Origin: Deinococcales bacterium
GTDB taxonomy: Bacteria; Deinococcota; Deinococci; Deinococcales; JAAFIG01
DNA: 43,382 nt
Direction of reading: 5' to 3'
NCBI GenBank assembly: GCA_031414595.1
Contig: JANNVX010000022.1
Span: 1-43,382, forward strand
The notes below the pieces were generated by a model. The model was not told the origin of the DNA. It made no database searches and was given only the letters and a program-made list of their open reading frames with translations. Position numbers and translations under genes: made by a program. The number at the start of each line of letters is the position of its first letter. Positions within the stretch are counted from its first letter, which is position 1. Positions 19,884 through 29,055 of the stretch are shown here, piece after piece.

Positions 19884-21542
19884 TTACCACTTTACAGGTT
19901 GGAAACTCCGTGTTTTTGTACCAACTGGGACAATTTCTGTCCAAGAAACTGCAAAGCCAGCGCGGTCTCCGAGGGCGTTGAGCATTCCAACAATACCGCT
20001 AACCAATTTTTTGCTGGTGCTTGGTTTTAAGTCCAGTCCTAGGCTTAAACCTAACTCGAGGATTTGTCCAGCCCCTTCGGCGGCGCTTTTTAAGCTGGTG
20101 GTGGTGTCACCGTAACTCCAGCCTAGGGCATCTTTGGGGACTCGAGCCGTGGCGGTTTTATAGTTGCTGCTGGTCTCGAGTTTCGCACCGCTTGAAAGAG
20201 CGGCAGTGATGCCTGTGTCGGAGGTGGCAACCATCAAGAAACCATCTTTGACGGCGAGTATAAACGGTGTGTTATCGGCAACTAAGAAGCGGTAAATGTC
20301 GGTGTTGCCGATTTTGGCTTTGAAAAATTTGTTGTTGACTTTTTGCTGCGCCAGTTTCTGACCAATTTCAATCAGTTTCGGGAGGACTTTTTCGATCATA
20401 TCTACAGTGGCTTTTTCGTCTTTTGTACCGATGTAATTAACACTTTCACCGATGGATTGGGTTGCACCTTTGCCAATAAAGGTGGCGCTGGCAAGTTCGC
20501 CAGTCATCCAACCGAGGATGCTTTTACGGGCATCAATGCCAAATTCGCCTTTGAAGAATGTGTCTAAGCCGCCGGGGTTCGCGCCAGTGCGGTCAAGCAT
20601 ACTCGAGAGCCAATCGTACCAAAGGGTTAAATTGTTGCTGCTGGTGCTAAAACCAGTGGCGGTGGCTGGGACGACGCTGGCGGCTTTCAGGTCAATTGCG
20701 TCTTTTGGGGTTAAGACCCGTGCAAATTGGGTATCTGCGCCTCGAGCTTCTGGAACGGTGATGGTGGTGGTGTCAATGCCATCGGTGGTAATTCGCCAAG
20801 CACCGGCAAAACGTCCGTAGGTGGTCAGGGCATCTAAGACTGGCTCGAGTTTAATTCCGGGCAGTTCTGGGTCTACCATGTCTATGATGCCCCTTGCCAA
20901 TTGGCTGGCATTGCGAAGGTCAAAGTACATCCGCATGTTGCCTGTACCGACTTGGTTCATGACTTCCGAATAGCTGTTGCTGGCGGCAAGGCTGGGTTTA
21001 CTAAAGTTCCCTTGGTTGCGAAAACGACTTAGGAATTCGTTTAGGGTCGCGGTATCCGAAGCGGCATAGGCTAGTCCGCCCATATAGCCAAAATTGACCA
21101 AACTGCTTTGGTAAACAGGAAAACCTAAAATTCGGCTGCCACGGGCGCTCATGCTTTTGGCACTCTCGAGCATCCATTTATTCATTTTGGCATCGGTGTT
21201 GGCGGCAGGTCGGGCTGCCAGTAAAAACCCAACTTGTCCGTTTTTTGGGCTTAGGTACAAAGAAACCAGTCCTTCACGGTCTACTAAAGACCCAAAATCG
21301 TTTAGCATTGTTTCAAGGTCGCGTTGTTCTTTTTTGCTGCTGCCTGTAGCTTCGGCAAGTACCGCCCCGATGTTTAAGTCAGATAACTGTTTGACCAGTG
21401 CAGCGCTTTGTTTACGAGCGCCACCGATGTCGTTTAGTTCGATGGCGGCTAGGGCATTGGCGGGTGCGAATTTCGAGAGGGTTTGGGCGTTGGCAACACC
21501 TAAACTCGAGATGGCAATGGCGGAAAGTAAAAAGGTTTTCAT
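19884..21542 (-). CDS. Secreted protein, DUF3352-like
   Basis: Sec signal (ANA-Q); 552-aa ORF; the family call is by resemblance only. Confidence 0.6.
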   Translation of the reverse strand: MKTFLLSAIAISSLGVANAQTLSKFAPANALAAIELNDIGGARKQSAALVKQLSDLNIGAVLAEATGSSKKEQRDLETMLNDFGSLVDREGLVSLYLSPKNGQVGFLLAARPAANTDAKMNKWMLESAKSMSARGSRILGFPVYQSSLVNFGYMGGLAYAASDTATLNEFLSRFRNQGNFSKPSLAASNSYSEVMNQVGTGNMRMYFDLRNASQLARGIIDMVDPELPGIKLEPVLDALTTYGRFAGAWRITTDGIDTTTITVPEARGADTQFARVLTPKDAIDLKAASVVPATATGFSTSSNNLTLWYDWLSSMLDRTGANPGGLDTFFKGEFGIDARKSILGWMTGELASATFIGKGATQSIGESVNYIGTKDEKATVDMIEKVLPKLIEIGQKLAQQKVNNKFFKAKIGNTDIYRFLVADNTPFILAVKDGFLMVATSDTGITAALSSGAKLETSSNYKTATARVPKDALGWSYGDTTTSLKSAAEGAGQILELGLSLGLDLKPSTSKKLVSGIVGMLNALGDRAGFAVSWTEIVPVGTKTRSFQPVKW

Positions 21543-21558
21543 GAGTCTCCTTCGGAGA

Positions 21559-21596
21559 GGTAAAAAGGCGAAAGGCGAAAGGCGAAAGGCAAAGGT
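21559..21596. repeat. Heptamer tandem array (aaaggcg x3-4)
   Basis: aaaggcg aaaggcg aaaggcg aaaggca; reverse-complement relative of the array at 10299. Confidence 0.85.
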
Positions 21597-21696
21597 TAGC
21601 TTGGATGATTGTGCTTGAAATTTGAGGATTTGTCATCGTCCTAAAGACCTATAAAAAGAGTATGCACTTTTTTTCTGACCACAGTCTGACAATAAA

Positions 21697-22677
21697 TTAC
21701 GATTTTACAGTGATAATCACTTTGCCTCGAACATGACCTTGTTCTAGGTAGGCAATCGCATCAGCAACTTGACTTAATGGATAGGTTCTGTCAATAACGG
21801 GAACAATTTTATGGGTTTCAAGAAGTTCTTTTAGCACCAGTAAATCTTCTTGATTTGGTTTGGCTACGCCCATTAAACCAATTTTTTGAGCCTTGGTTCT
21901 GGAAACCCATCCGCCCAGCAGAATCACTTGGAATAAATGGGATAAGGTGCTGAATCCAGCAACTGAACAGATTCCATTGGGTTTTAAGGCTCGTTGATAA
22001 TCCGATACAGAGCGGTTTCCGACCGCATCAAAAATCAGGTCGTAACGCTGTTCACCTCGAGTAAAATCTTCTTGGCTGTAATCAATCACATGGTCTGCTC
22101 CGATTGAACGCACCATTTCCATATTTCGGGTGCTGCACACCCCCGTTACTTTCGCGCCATAAGACTTAGCGATTTGGACAGCAAATGTTCCAACACCTCC
22201 AGATGCACCGTTAATCAGAACATCTTGTCCTGTTTTAATCTGTCCTGTGTCACGCAGACCTTGCAAAGCTGTAATTGCTGCCACAGGTACAGCCGCCGCC
22301 GCTTCAAAAGACATATTGCTTGGCTTTAAGACCACAAGATTTTCTTTGATACAAGCATATTCTGCAAATCCACCCAAGCCAGAAGCTGATAATTCACCAA
22401 ACACTTCGTCGCCGATTTGAAATTTAGTAATGTTCTTACCAATGGCAATAACTCGCCCCGCGACATCCGCTCCGAGTTTTGGGTTCTTGGGTTTTAGAAA
22501 CCCATTGTCTAAACGCACCAAAAAAGGCTCGGCTCGCATCATGTGCCAGTCGAGTGGATTCGCCGAAGCCGCATAAATTTCGATCAACACTTGGTCATCT
22601 TTGGGGGTGGGTTTTTCGACTTCTATCAGTCGTAGCACATTTGCAGAGCCGTATTCGGTGTAGACAATCGCTTTCAT
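21697..22677 (-). CDS. NAD(P)-dependent MDR-family oxidoreductase (quinone oxidoreductase-like)
   Basis: Start placed at ATG 22677; MKAIVYTEYG, ASANPLDW, VLINGASGGVG, GHVRGKVII. Confidence 0.92.
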   Translation of the reverse strand: MKAIVYTEYGSANVLRLIEVEKPTPKDDQVLIEIYAASANPLDWHMMRAEPFLVRLDNGFLKPKNPKLGADVAGRVIAIGKNITKFQIGDEVFGELSASGLGGFAEYACIKENLVVLKPSNMSFEAAAAVPVAAITALQGLRDTGQIKTGQDVLINGASGGVGTFAVQIAKSYGAKVTGVCSTRNMEMVRSIGADHVIDYSQEDFTRGEQRYDLIFDAVGNRSVSDYQRALKPNGICSVAGFSTLSHLFQVILLGGWVSRTKAQKIGLMGVAKPNQEDLLVLKELLETHKIVPVIDRTYPLSQVADAIAYLEQGHVRGKVIITVKS

Positions 22678-22793
22678 AGATTTCCTTTGCTGATTCGACA
22701 ATGAGAAACTGGCTTCCCAAGCAGCTTTGGCTCGAGAACGGTTGAATTTTCAAGTTCTTAAATCCTAGGAATTTGGGACTTATTTTCCCGCCT

Positions 22794-25268
22794 TTACCGT
22801 AACTGCTCGAGCGGTAACATGGTTACGAGACGAAACCCAAATCCGTTCCCAGTAGTAAAACTAAACTCGAGTCCAAATGAAACAGGGGCATAGTAATTAA
22901 AAATGGCATCTGCCAGAACCCGCAGCCCAAGGGTGTACTCGAGTGAATTGCTGTATAAAAAATTGATAAATGGTTGAAAAGTGATTCGCTCTACGGCTAA
23001 AAAACCATCATCTAAGCGCCAACGAAGCCCAAAAGAGGTTTGGGTTTGCAGTCCAGCACTTAAAATTGGCTTGCTCGAGAATTGCCCACTCAGTCCTAGA
23101 TTTAAGCGAATTGGTAAACCAGAAACATTGTCCGACAAAACAATCCCGAGATTATAACCATCCAAAGAAATAGCGCCAGTGATTCCCCAACCATACTCGA
23201 GATAATTCCAGTCATCGCTCTGAGCAATGCCAAGAAAAGTAAACAGGTTGGCAAACAGCAGACCATTCACAATTCCGACGCTTGGACGAATAATGTACCC
23301 AGCCCGTCCAGAGAACTGTGTTTCGCCTTTGCCAATCCAAGAATTTGATAAGCGCACGCCCCAAGTATTGGCATCGGCACTAGCAAATAAATTGGCGCTC
23401 CACTCGAGACTCGGGGCAAAATTTAGACTAAAATTCGTACCAAAACCAGTGCCACCCAGTACATCAAAGCCAGCCGCCAATTGCCAAGAAAAAATTCCCG
23501 CAGGGTCAGCCCCAACAATTGTTGCACCAAACCCGTTTTGGGTCAGTGGATACCAAAAAAGCGGCGCTGGGAAGGCATTATAGCTTTCTATCGGGTACTC
23601 GAGACCAGACAGATTATCCACTGGTACAGGTTGTGTTTTCTCGAGCGGCACGACATTTTTTAGTTTTGGAGTAACTATTCTGGTTTCAAAACCCCTACTG
23701 GTGTAACTCGAGAAGGTCAGTTCGCCACTTGGTTTACGGCTGGTGCTGTACGCTCCGCCCGTGGCGGCGGTCAGAGGGTAAACTTGGGACTCACCGATTT
23801 TTATTTGGTAAAGTTGGGCGATTCCGCTTCGGTCACTCGAGAAAATAATTTGCGAATCCGAAACCCATGTTGGAAATTGGTCTTGGGCGCGGTCAGAGGT
23901 TAAAAACTCGAGTTCTTGGTTTTTCAGCACCGCCACATCTGAAAAGCCACCCGGTCGCCAAACTGTTAAAGCTATTTTATCAGCCCTTGGCGCAAGATGA
24001 AACAAATGCCAGCCCGTTGGGGCGTTGTACAGCAATTCATCTTTTGACCCACAAATACGACGAATACTCGAATCATCCAAGTAATCCTGCACGTACAAAA
24101 TACATTCTCCATTGGCAACAGCATCTCGAGCGCGAGCATTTTTAGTCAGTTGCTTTTCTATCCCATTACTGAGTCTAAACACTTCACCGTAAGTGGTTGC
24201 ACCACGCACCACATTCCTCGAGTACACCAAATCATTTTCCGCCCATGACAAGCGATTTGGACGCGAAGGCAAGGCAATACTGCGTGGCTCGAGTTGACCG
24301 TTCTCATCCACAAGACGTAAGGTTAAACCGCTCATAAAAGCATATGAACCGTCGAGTTTCCAAGCGGGTGTACCACTGCCCAAATGCAATAGTTGCCCAT
24401 TCTCGAGACCAGTGACCTTTAAGGCTTGCGTCTCCTCAGAGGCTCGAGAACGCTCGAGGGCTGTCCAATCTGCCCAAAGACTGACAAGCGAAGTTTGAGT
24501 GACTTCCTGCCACGCCTCCGCAAATGTTAAACGCTGATTATAAAGCCGAATGACTTGACGAATGGTTGGCTCACCAAAACGCTCGACGAGAAATGTTACA
24601 AAACCCGCTCCAAAGGCGTAGCGGATATTGCCAAACGGGTATTCTTCATTCACCCCAATCCCAGCTTCGGACAGACTTGGAAAAACACCCGCCCTTGCCA
24701 TTTGCGCTCGTAAAGTACGAATTCCACTGTCCTGCACTCGTCCGCCCGAAGTCAGTTTTGTCTCGAGATAGACCGCATATCCTTCCACGAACCACGCTGG
24801 TGGAACTCGAGCCTCGAGAATTCCTGGTACAGCCCCAAAAATGCTGCGTAAAGAATTCCTTAAATCATCTCGGGTGCTTAGATGCGCCACATGGGTAAAT
24901 TCGTGAGTGACTAAAACGTGCATGGCATCTTGCCATTGTGCGCCAATATCGGTCGGACGCGGAAATGTTGCAAAAACCCGAATAAACGGATACGGACCCG
25001 GTACGGCAAAACCATTAAAGTCATCGGTTTCGTCATTGACCACAATAAAGGTTCGCCCGGGGTTATTGCCAGTAGTCTCGAGAACTGCACTTCGCATCTT
25101 CTCGGCGGCGGCAGCCACTCGACGCGCAAAGGTTTCTAAACGCGGTGGATGCAGTACATCAAAATGTGGGGTTTTGACGACTTGGAGCGGTAATTCTGCC
25201 CCTTTGCCGGTTAAAAGTTGGGCTTTAGCCGAAGAACAAAACAAAAGAATCAAAAGCCAACGCCACAT
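22794..25268 (-). CDS. Secreted protein with HExxH metallopeptidase domain, TolB/PD40-like propeller and probable C-terminal beta-barrel
   Basis: Signal peptide; THEFTH...WFVEGYA gluzincin-type motif; FSSDRSG PD40-like repeat; alternating aromatic/Gly strands at the C-terminus. Confidence 0.75.
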   Translation of the reverse strand: MWRWLLILLFCSSAKAQLLTGKGAELPLQVVKTPHFDVLHPPRLETFARRVAAAAEKMRSAVLETTGNNPGRTFIVVNDETDDFNGFAVPGPYPFIRVFATFPRPTDIGAQWQDAMHVLVTHEFTHVAHLSTRDDLRNSLRSIFGAVPGILEARVPPAWFVEGYAVYLETKLTSGGRVQDSGIRTLRAQMARAGVFPSLSEAGIGVNEEYPFGNIRYAFGAGFVTFLVERFGEPTIRQVIRLYNQRLTFAEAWQEVTQTSLVSLWADWTALERSRASEETQALKVTGLENGQLLHLGSGTPAWKLDGSYAFMSGLTLRLVDENGQLEPRSIALPSRPNRLSWAENDLVYSRNVVRGATTYGEVFRLSNGIEKQLTKNARARDAVANGECILYVQDYLDDSSIRRICGSKDELLYNAPTGWHLFHLAPRADKIALTVWRPGGFSDVAVLKNQELEFLTSDRAQDQFPTWVSDSQIIFSSDRSGIAQLYQIKIGESQVYPLTAATGGAYSTSRKPSGELTFSSYTSRGFETRIVTPKLKNVVPLEKTQPVPVDNLSGLEYPIESYNAFPAPLFWYPLTQNGFGATIVGADPAGIFSWQLAAGFDVLGGTGFGTNFSLNFAPSLEWSANLFASADANTWGVRLSNSWIGKGETQFSGRAGYIIRPSVGIVNGLLFANLFTFLGIAQSDDWNYLEYGWGITGAISLDGYNLGIVLSDNVSGLPIRLNLGLSGQFSSKPILSAGLQTQTSFGLRWRLDDGFLAVERITFQPFINFLYSNSLEYTLGLRVLADAIFNYYAPVSFGLEFSFTTGNGFGFRLVTMLPLEQLR

Positions 25269-25350
25269 GGGTTTAGTCTAACAAAAACCACCTCGAGACA
25301 GCACCCCCAAGACCACGAGGTACAAACAACTTATTTGGCTTAAACGGCTG

Positions 25351-25659
25351 CTATACCGAGTTGCTCAATTCTCGCAGTTTTACAAGGTGTTCTCGAGCCT
25401 CGAGCAACCCCATATCCTCTAAGGTTTTCATGGCACGTTCTGCCACGGGCAAGTTAATCTCCGAGGCGTTCCAACTAGCAGTTAATTGGGCGAGGTCTTG
25501 CAGCACACTTTTTTGGCTTTCGGTAAAAAACATTTTAGCTACCGCACTCGAGGCAGCCAAAGCCGGTGGTTTTGCGTCCAGCACACTGACACGCACCACC
25601 GCAAGAAGTTCCATAAAGGTTTGGTCGGCTGCCATGCGAACTTTGGGGTCGAGTTTCAT
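25351..25659 (-). CDS. Hypothetical protein (102 aa)
   Basis: ATG-started ORF filling the gap and divergent from the esterase; no motif recognised. Confidence 0.6.
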   Translation of the reverse strand: MKLDPKVRMAADQTFMELLAVVRVSVLDAKPPALAASSAVAKMFFTESQKSVLQDLAQLTASWNASEINLPVAERAMKTLEDMGLLEAREHLVKLRELSNSV

Positions 25660-25696
25660 GTTTATTAGCCTACTAAAATGCAGTAGTATTTTACCA

Positions 25697-26419
25697 ATGA
25701 AATCGTCTCTTGGTGTTTTGGTCTGTCATGGTTTTACAGCCCAACCTAAAACCGTAAATTATATTGCCCCGTTTCTGGAAAAAGCGGGTTTGCCATTTGA
25801 AATTCCCGCGTTGCGTGGACACGGCACCGTCTGGACAGATTTACGGGGGGTCACATGGGGGGATTGGCTCGAAGATGCCCTAGCCGCCTATACCCGTCTC
25901 GAGACCCAGTGTGACCAAGTGGCAGTGGTGGGGCATAGCATGGGTGGTTTGGTGGCGGCTCAGATTGCAGTTCAAAAACCAGTCTCGAGCTTGGTGCTGG
26001 TTGCTCCTGCCTTAAAATTTGCCAGTCCACTCGCGCCTTTTGTGGGTTTGTTACAGAATTTGGTTAAGGATTTCAAAGGTGATGGTTCTTCGGTACTTGA
26101 CCCTGTGTTGCGAGCCGAAGCCGAAGCCCAGAACGTGACCTATCAGCAGTTCCCAACAGTTGCTTTTGGTGAACTTTACAAAATGGCTCGAGAGACCACA
26201 AAAATCTTACCGAAAATAACTGTCCCAACCTTAATTTTGCACTCACTTAAAGACACCGTGATACCACCAGCCGCTTCTGACCTTGCTTTAGAAAAAATCG
26301 GCAGTGCAGTTAAACGCATTCGTTGGCTACAAAACTGTAACCACGAGGTTTTCTGGGATGCCGAACGCGACACCATCTGTGAGGAAATCACCAAGTTTAT
26401 TCTCGAGATGAAGACGTAA
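25697..26419 (+). CDS. Carboxylesterase/lipase, alpha/beta hydrolase
   Basis: Start placed at ATG 25697; HGFT, GHSMGG, D-TVIP, NHEV. Confidence 0.9.
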   Translation: MKSSLGVLVCHGFTAQPKTVNYIAPFLEKAGLPFEIPALRGHGTVWTDLRGVTWGDWLEDALAAYTRLETQCDQVAVVGHSMGGLVAAQIAVQKPVSSLVLVAPALKFASPLAPFVGLLQNLVKDFKGDGSSVLDPVLRAEAEAQNVTYQQFPTVAFGELYKMARETTKILPKITVPTLILHSLKDTVIPPAASDLALEKIGSAVKRIRWLQNCNHEVFWDAERDTICEEITKFILEMKT

Positions 26420-26434
26420 CCCAATCCTCTGGTT

Positions 26435-27157
26435 TTACCGACCGACCAGAATCACATTGAGCGGCAACTCACGGTTTCCCTGCAAACCAAGTAAAAACGA
26501 GAGTTCATCATCAAAAAAAGTGCTGATAGACCGTACCGAAAGCCCAAGGGCTGTTCCAGCCAGCAAGACATTCTGGGCGGCATAGCCTGCCTCGAGATAT
26601 AAGTGCCTGTAGCCCCGTTCGGCATGGGCTGTGACGGTGCGTTCAACCACACCCGTAAAAATCAGGGCAATGGCACTGGTGTCCACACTCGAGTCGTTTA
26701 GTAATGCCCCAGTTAAATCTTTGGTGGTGTCGCCAATTCGCACTTGCTCGAGTTGATGTTCGCGCACCACATAATGGTAAACCCCTGCAAAGGTATCGGT
26801 CACACTTCGCGCCACCAAATAAACCTCGAGCGGATATGCCCCAGAAGGACTTGGCACAGTTCGGTACGGTAGGTTAGAGCCGCCCGGACGTTGCCCGGTA
26901 ATCCCTTGGGCAGCCCAAAGAAGTTGTGCCACTTCAGAAATGGTGATTGAACTCCCCACCTCGGGGGTTTGCGAACGCCGCGCCGTGACCACACTCCAAA
27001 AACCCGCGCCGCCTTTTTGCTTAGCCGAAGGCAAACGAATCGTCTCGAGTGGGCTGGCATAAACCTTAAAAGCTGGGACACGTTTCCCGACAGGAAAGGT
27101 GTCGCCGCGTTTAAGTTTGGTTTGGTCAATGAATTTCTCGCCAATCGATTCTTTCAT
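26435..27157 (-). CDS. SagB/ThcOx-family nitroreductase-fold protein
   Basis: ARRS, LLWAAQG, RTVPSPSGAYPLEVY, LEAGYAAQN. Confidence 0.88.
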   Translation of the reverse strand: MKESIGEKFIDQTKLKRGDTFPVGKRVPAFKVYASPLETIRLPSAKQKGGAGFWSVVTARRSQTPEVGSSITISEVAQLLWAAQGITGQRPGGSNLPYRTVPSPSGAYPLEVYLVARSVTDTFAGVYHYVVREHQLEQVRIGDTTKDLTGALLNDSSVDTSAIALIFTGVVERTVTAHAERGYRHLYLEAGYAAQNVLLAGTALGLSVRSISTFFDDELSFLLGLQGNRELPLNVILVGR

Positions 27158-27226
27158 GTGTCCTCGAGATGCACTCCCGTATCAGGGTAGGATGCGCGAG
27201 TTTAACACAAGGGGGTAAGATAATTC

Positions 27227-27859
27227 ATGCTCGTTCAAGATTGGATGACCCCTGCTCCCTTAACCATCGCCCCAAATACCGTAGTTCTCGAGGCGCTAAA
27301 GCTGCTGCAAAAACGAGGCTTCAGGCGTTTACCCGTGGTGGACGGCGCGACCTTGGTGGGTATTGTCACCGATAAGGACTTAAAAGATGCCATGCCGAGT
27401 AAAGCCACAACGCTTTCTGTCTGGGAAATGAATTACTTACTGGCAAAATTAACAGTACGTGAAGTCATGGCAAGCCCCGTTAAAACTTGCCGCGCTTCGG
27501 ACACGCTCGAGAGTGCTGCCCTGATTATGCAGTTCAGTAAAATTGCTGGTTTACCAGTGCTGGACAAAGCTGGCGCACTGGTTGGAATGCTGACCATCAC
27601 CGATGTCTTGGGGGCATTTACCCAAGTGCTTGGGCTAAAAGAAGGCGGGGTACGCCTAACCCTCGAGATGCCCGACGTACCCGGAAGCCTGATGACCGCC
27701 AGTCAAGCGATTCAGCCCGCCAATATCGTCAGTGTTGCCACGGCGGGACACAGCCAAGGCAACCGCAGATTTGTGATTCGCGTGGTCGGGGAAACCGCCC
27801 AAGACCTCGCAGAACGACTGACCAAGGCAGGAATCAATGTGCTGAATGTGCAAGGGTGA
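27227..27859 (+). CDS. CBS-domain plus ACT protein (AcuB-like)
   Basis: [31 protein letters not shown]. Confidence 0.9.
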   Translation: MLVQDWMTPAPLTIAPNTVVLEALKLLQKRGFRRLPVVDGATLVGIVTDKDLKDAMPSKATTLSVWEMNYLLAKLTVREVMASPVKTCRASDTLESAALIMQFSKIAGLPVLDKAGALVGMLTITDVLGAFTQVLGLKEGGVRLTLEMPDVPGSLMTASQAIQPANIVSVATAGHSQGNRRFVIRVVGETAQDLAERLTKAGINVLNVQG

Positions 27860-27903
27860 AAGTTTCACCTTTTACCCTATGCTTTGCAGTGGTAACATCA
27901 GAT

Positions 27904-29055
27904 ATGCTCAAACCTCGAGTGCCGCTTTTTCCTGCTTACCAAATTCCAGCTTTTCGGTTCGTGGATATTTTTGCGGGTATTGGTGGGATGCGGCTTGGAT
28001 TTGAAGCGGCTGGTGGGCAATGTGTGTTTTCATCAGAATGGGATGTGCATTCACAAAAAACCTATTTTGCCAATCATGGGGATTTCCCAAAGGGCGATAT
28101 TACACGCATTCCCTCGAGTGACATCCCAAATTTTGACGTACTGCTGGCGGGGTTTCCTTGTCAGCCTTTTAGTAGTATTGGCTTGCGACAGGGGTTTTTA
28201 CATCAGACCCAAGGCACACTTTTTTATGAAATTGCCAGAATTTTAGCGGATAAAAAACCACTGGCTTTTCTGCTCGAGAATGTCGAAGGGTTGGTGACGC
28301 ATAATAACGGTCAGACGATGCAAATTATCCTCGAGACGCTGCGCGAACTTGGGTATGTGGTCACGTATCAAGTGCTGGATGCTTCTGAATTTGGTGTGCC
28401 TCAGAAACGCAAACGAATTTATATTGTTGGACATAGACTGGGGAATGCAAAGTTTAGTTTCCCAAAAGGCACAGGCTCAGATGTTTTTATTGGGCAGTTT
28501 ATTGAAACGGGTGTGGAGGGTTACGGGATTTCTGAACACCTGCAAAAAACCTATATTTTCAAAAAAGACGATGGTAAACCCGCGATTGTTAGCCCAGACT
28601 CGAGCATACACATCAAAACCCAAGTGGCTTCGTACCACAAAATTCAGCGTTTAACCGGAACGTTCGTGCGTGATGGTAAAACAGGTTTGCGTTTACTGAC
28701 TGAGAACGAATGCAAAGCGATTATGGGTTTCCCATCCCACTTTGTATTCCCTGTCTCGAGAACCCAGATGTATCGGCAAATTGGAAATTCGGTGGCTGTA
28801 CCCGTGATTAGTGCTATTGCAAGGGAAATTCAAAAACAAATTATTGGAAAACATATGAATAAAAAACAATATTCTCTCAGTCGGGTGGGTACAAGACCCA
28901 CCCCTACGAAAAACCCTTCCCCTAAAATAAATGTGGTTCGTGTAGGGGCGACCCTTCTTGACCCCAAAGCAGCACCTCACGGGCTTGGGTCGCTTGTGGT
29001 CGCCCTGTTTCAATTTGTTCAATGGTCTGTTCCAATTTCTGTGGTGTTTTTATGA
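27904..29055 (+). CDS. C5-cytosine DNA methyltransferase, M.MspI-like (predicted CCGG), with repeat-derived C-terminal tail
   Basis: FAGIGG, GFPCQPFS, ENVEGL, QKRKRIY, YRQIGNSV. The target-recognition region ISEHLQKTYIFKKDDGKP...YHKIQRLTGTFVRDG matches my recollection of M.MspI. GTG at 27856 is an alternative start. Confidence 0.9.
   Translation: MLKPRVPLFPAYQIPAFRFVDIFAGIGGMRLGFEAAGGQCVFSSEWDVHSQKTYFANHGDFPKGDITRIPSSDIPNFDVLLAGFPCQPFSSIGLRQGFLHQTQGTLFYEIARILADKKPLAFLLENVEGLVTHNNGQTMQIILETLRELGYVVTYQVLDASEFGVPQKRKRIYIVGHRLGNAKFSFPKGTGSDVFIGQFIETGVEGYGISEHLQKTYIFKKDDGKPAIVSPDSSIHIKTQVASYHKIQRLTGTFVRDGKTGLRLLTENECKAIMGFPSHFVFPVSRTQMYRQIGNSVAVPVISAIAREIQKQIIGKHMNKKQYSLSRVGTRPTPTKNPSPKINVVRVGATLLDPKAAPHGLGSLVVALFQFVQWSVPISVVFL
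28883..29005. repeat. Inverted doublet of GTAG-type REP hairpins (28883-28907 minus; 28942-29005 plus)
   Basis: gggtgggt-acaag-acccacccctac and gtaggggcgacc-c[39 nt]ttgt-ggtcgccc. Confidence 0.8.
28955..28993 (+). mobile_element. 39-nt dispersed element inserted in a REP loop
   Basis: ttcttgaccccaaagcagcacctcacgggcttgggtcgc; removing it restores the cttgt loop. Confidence 0.75.

Noticed and set aside
26435-27157. Azole-RiPP biosynthetic cluster around the SagB-like gene
   Set aside because: No YcaO, E1-like protein or precursor is adjacent, and stand-alone SagB-like nitroreductases are common.
27904-29055. The C5 methyltransferase as the cause of the CTCGAG enrichment
   Set aside because: Its target-recognition region resembles CCGG-specific M.MspI, and CCGG is not contained in CTCGAG.
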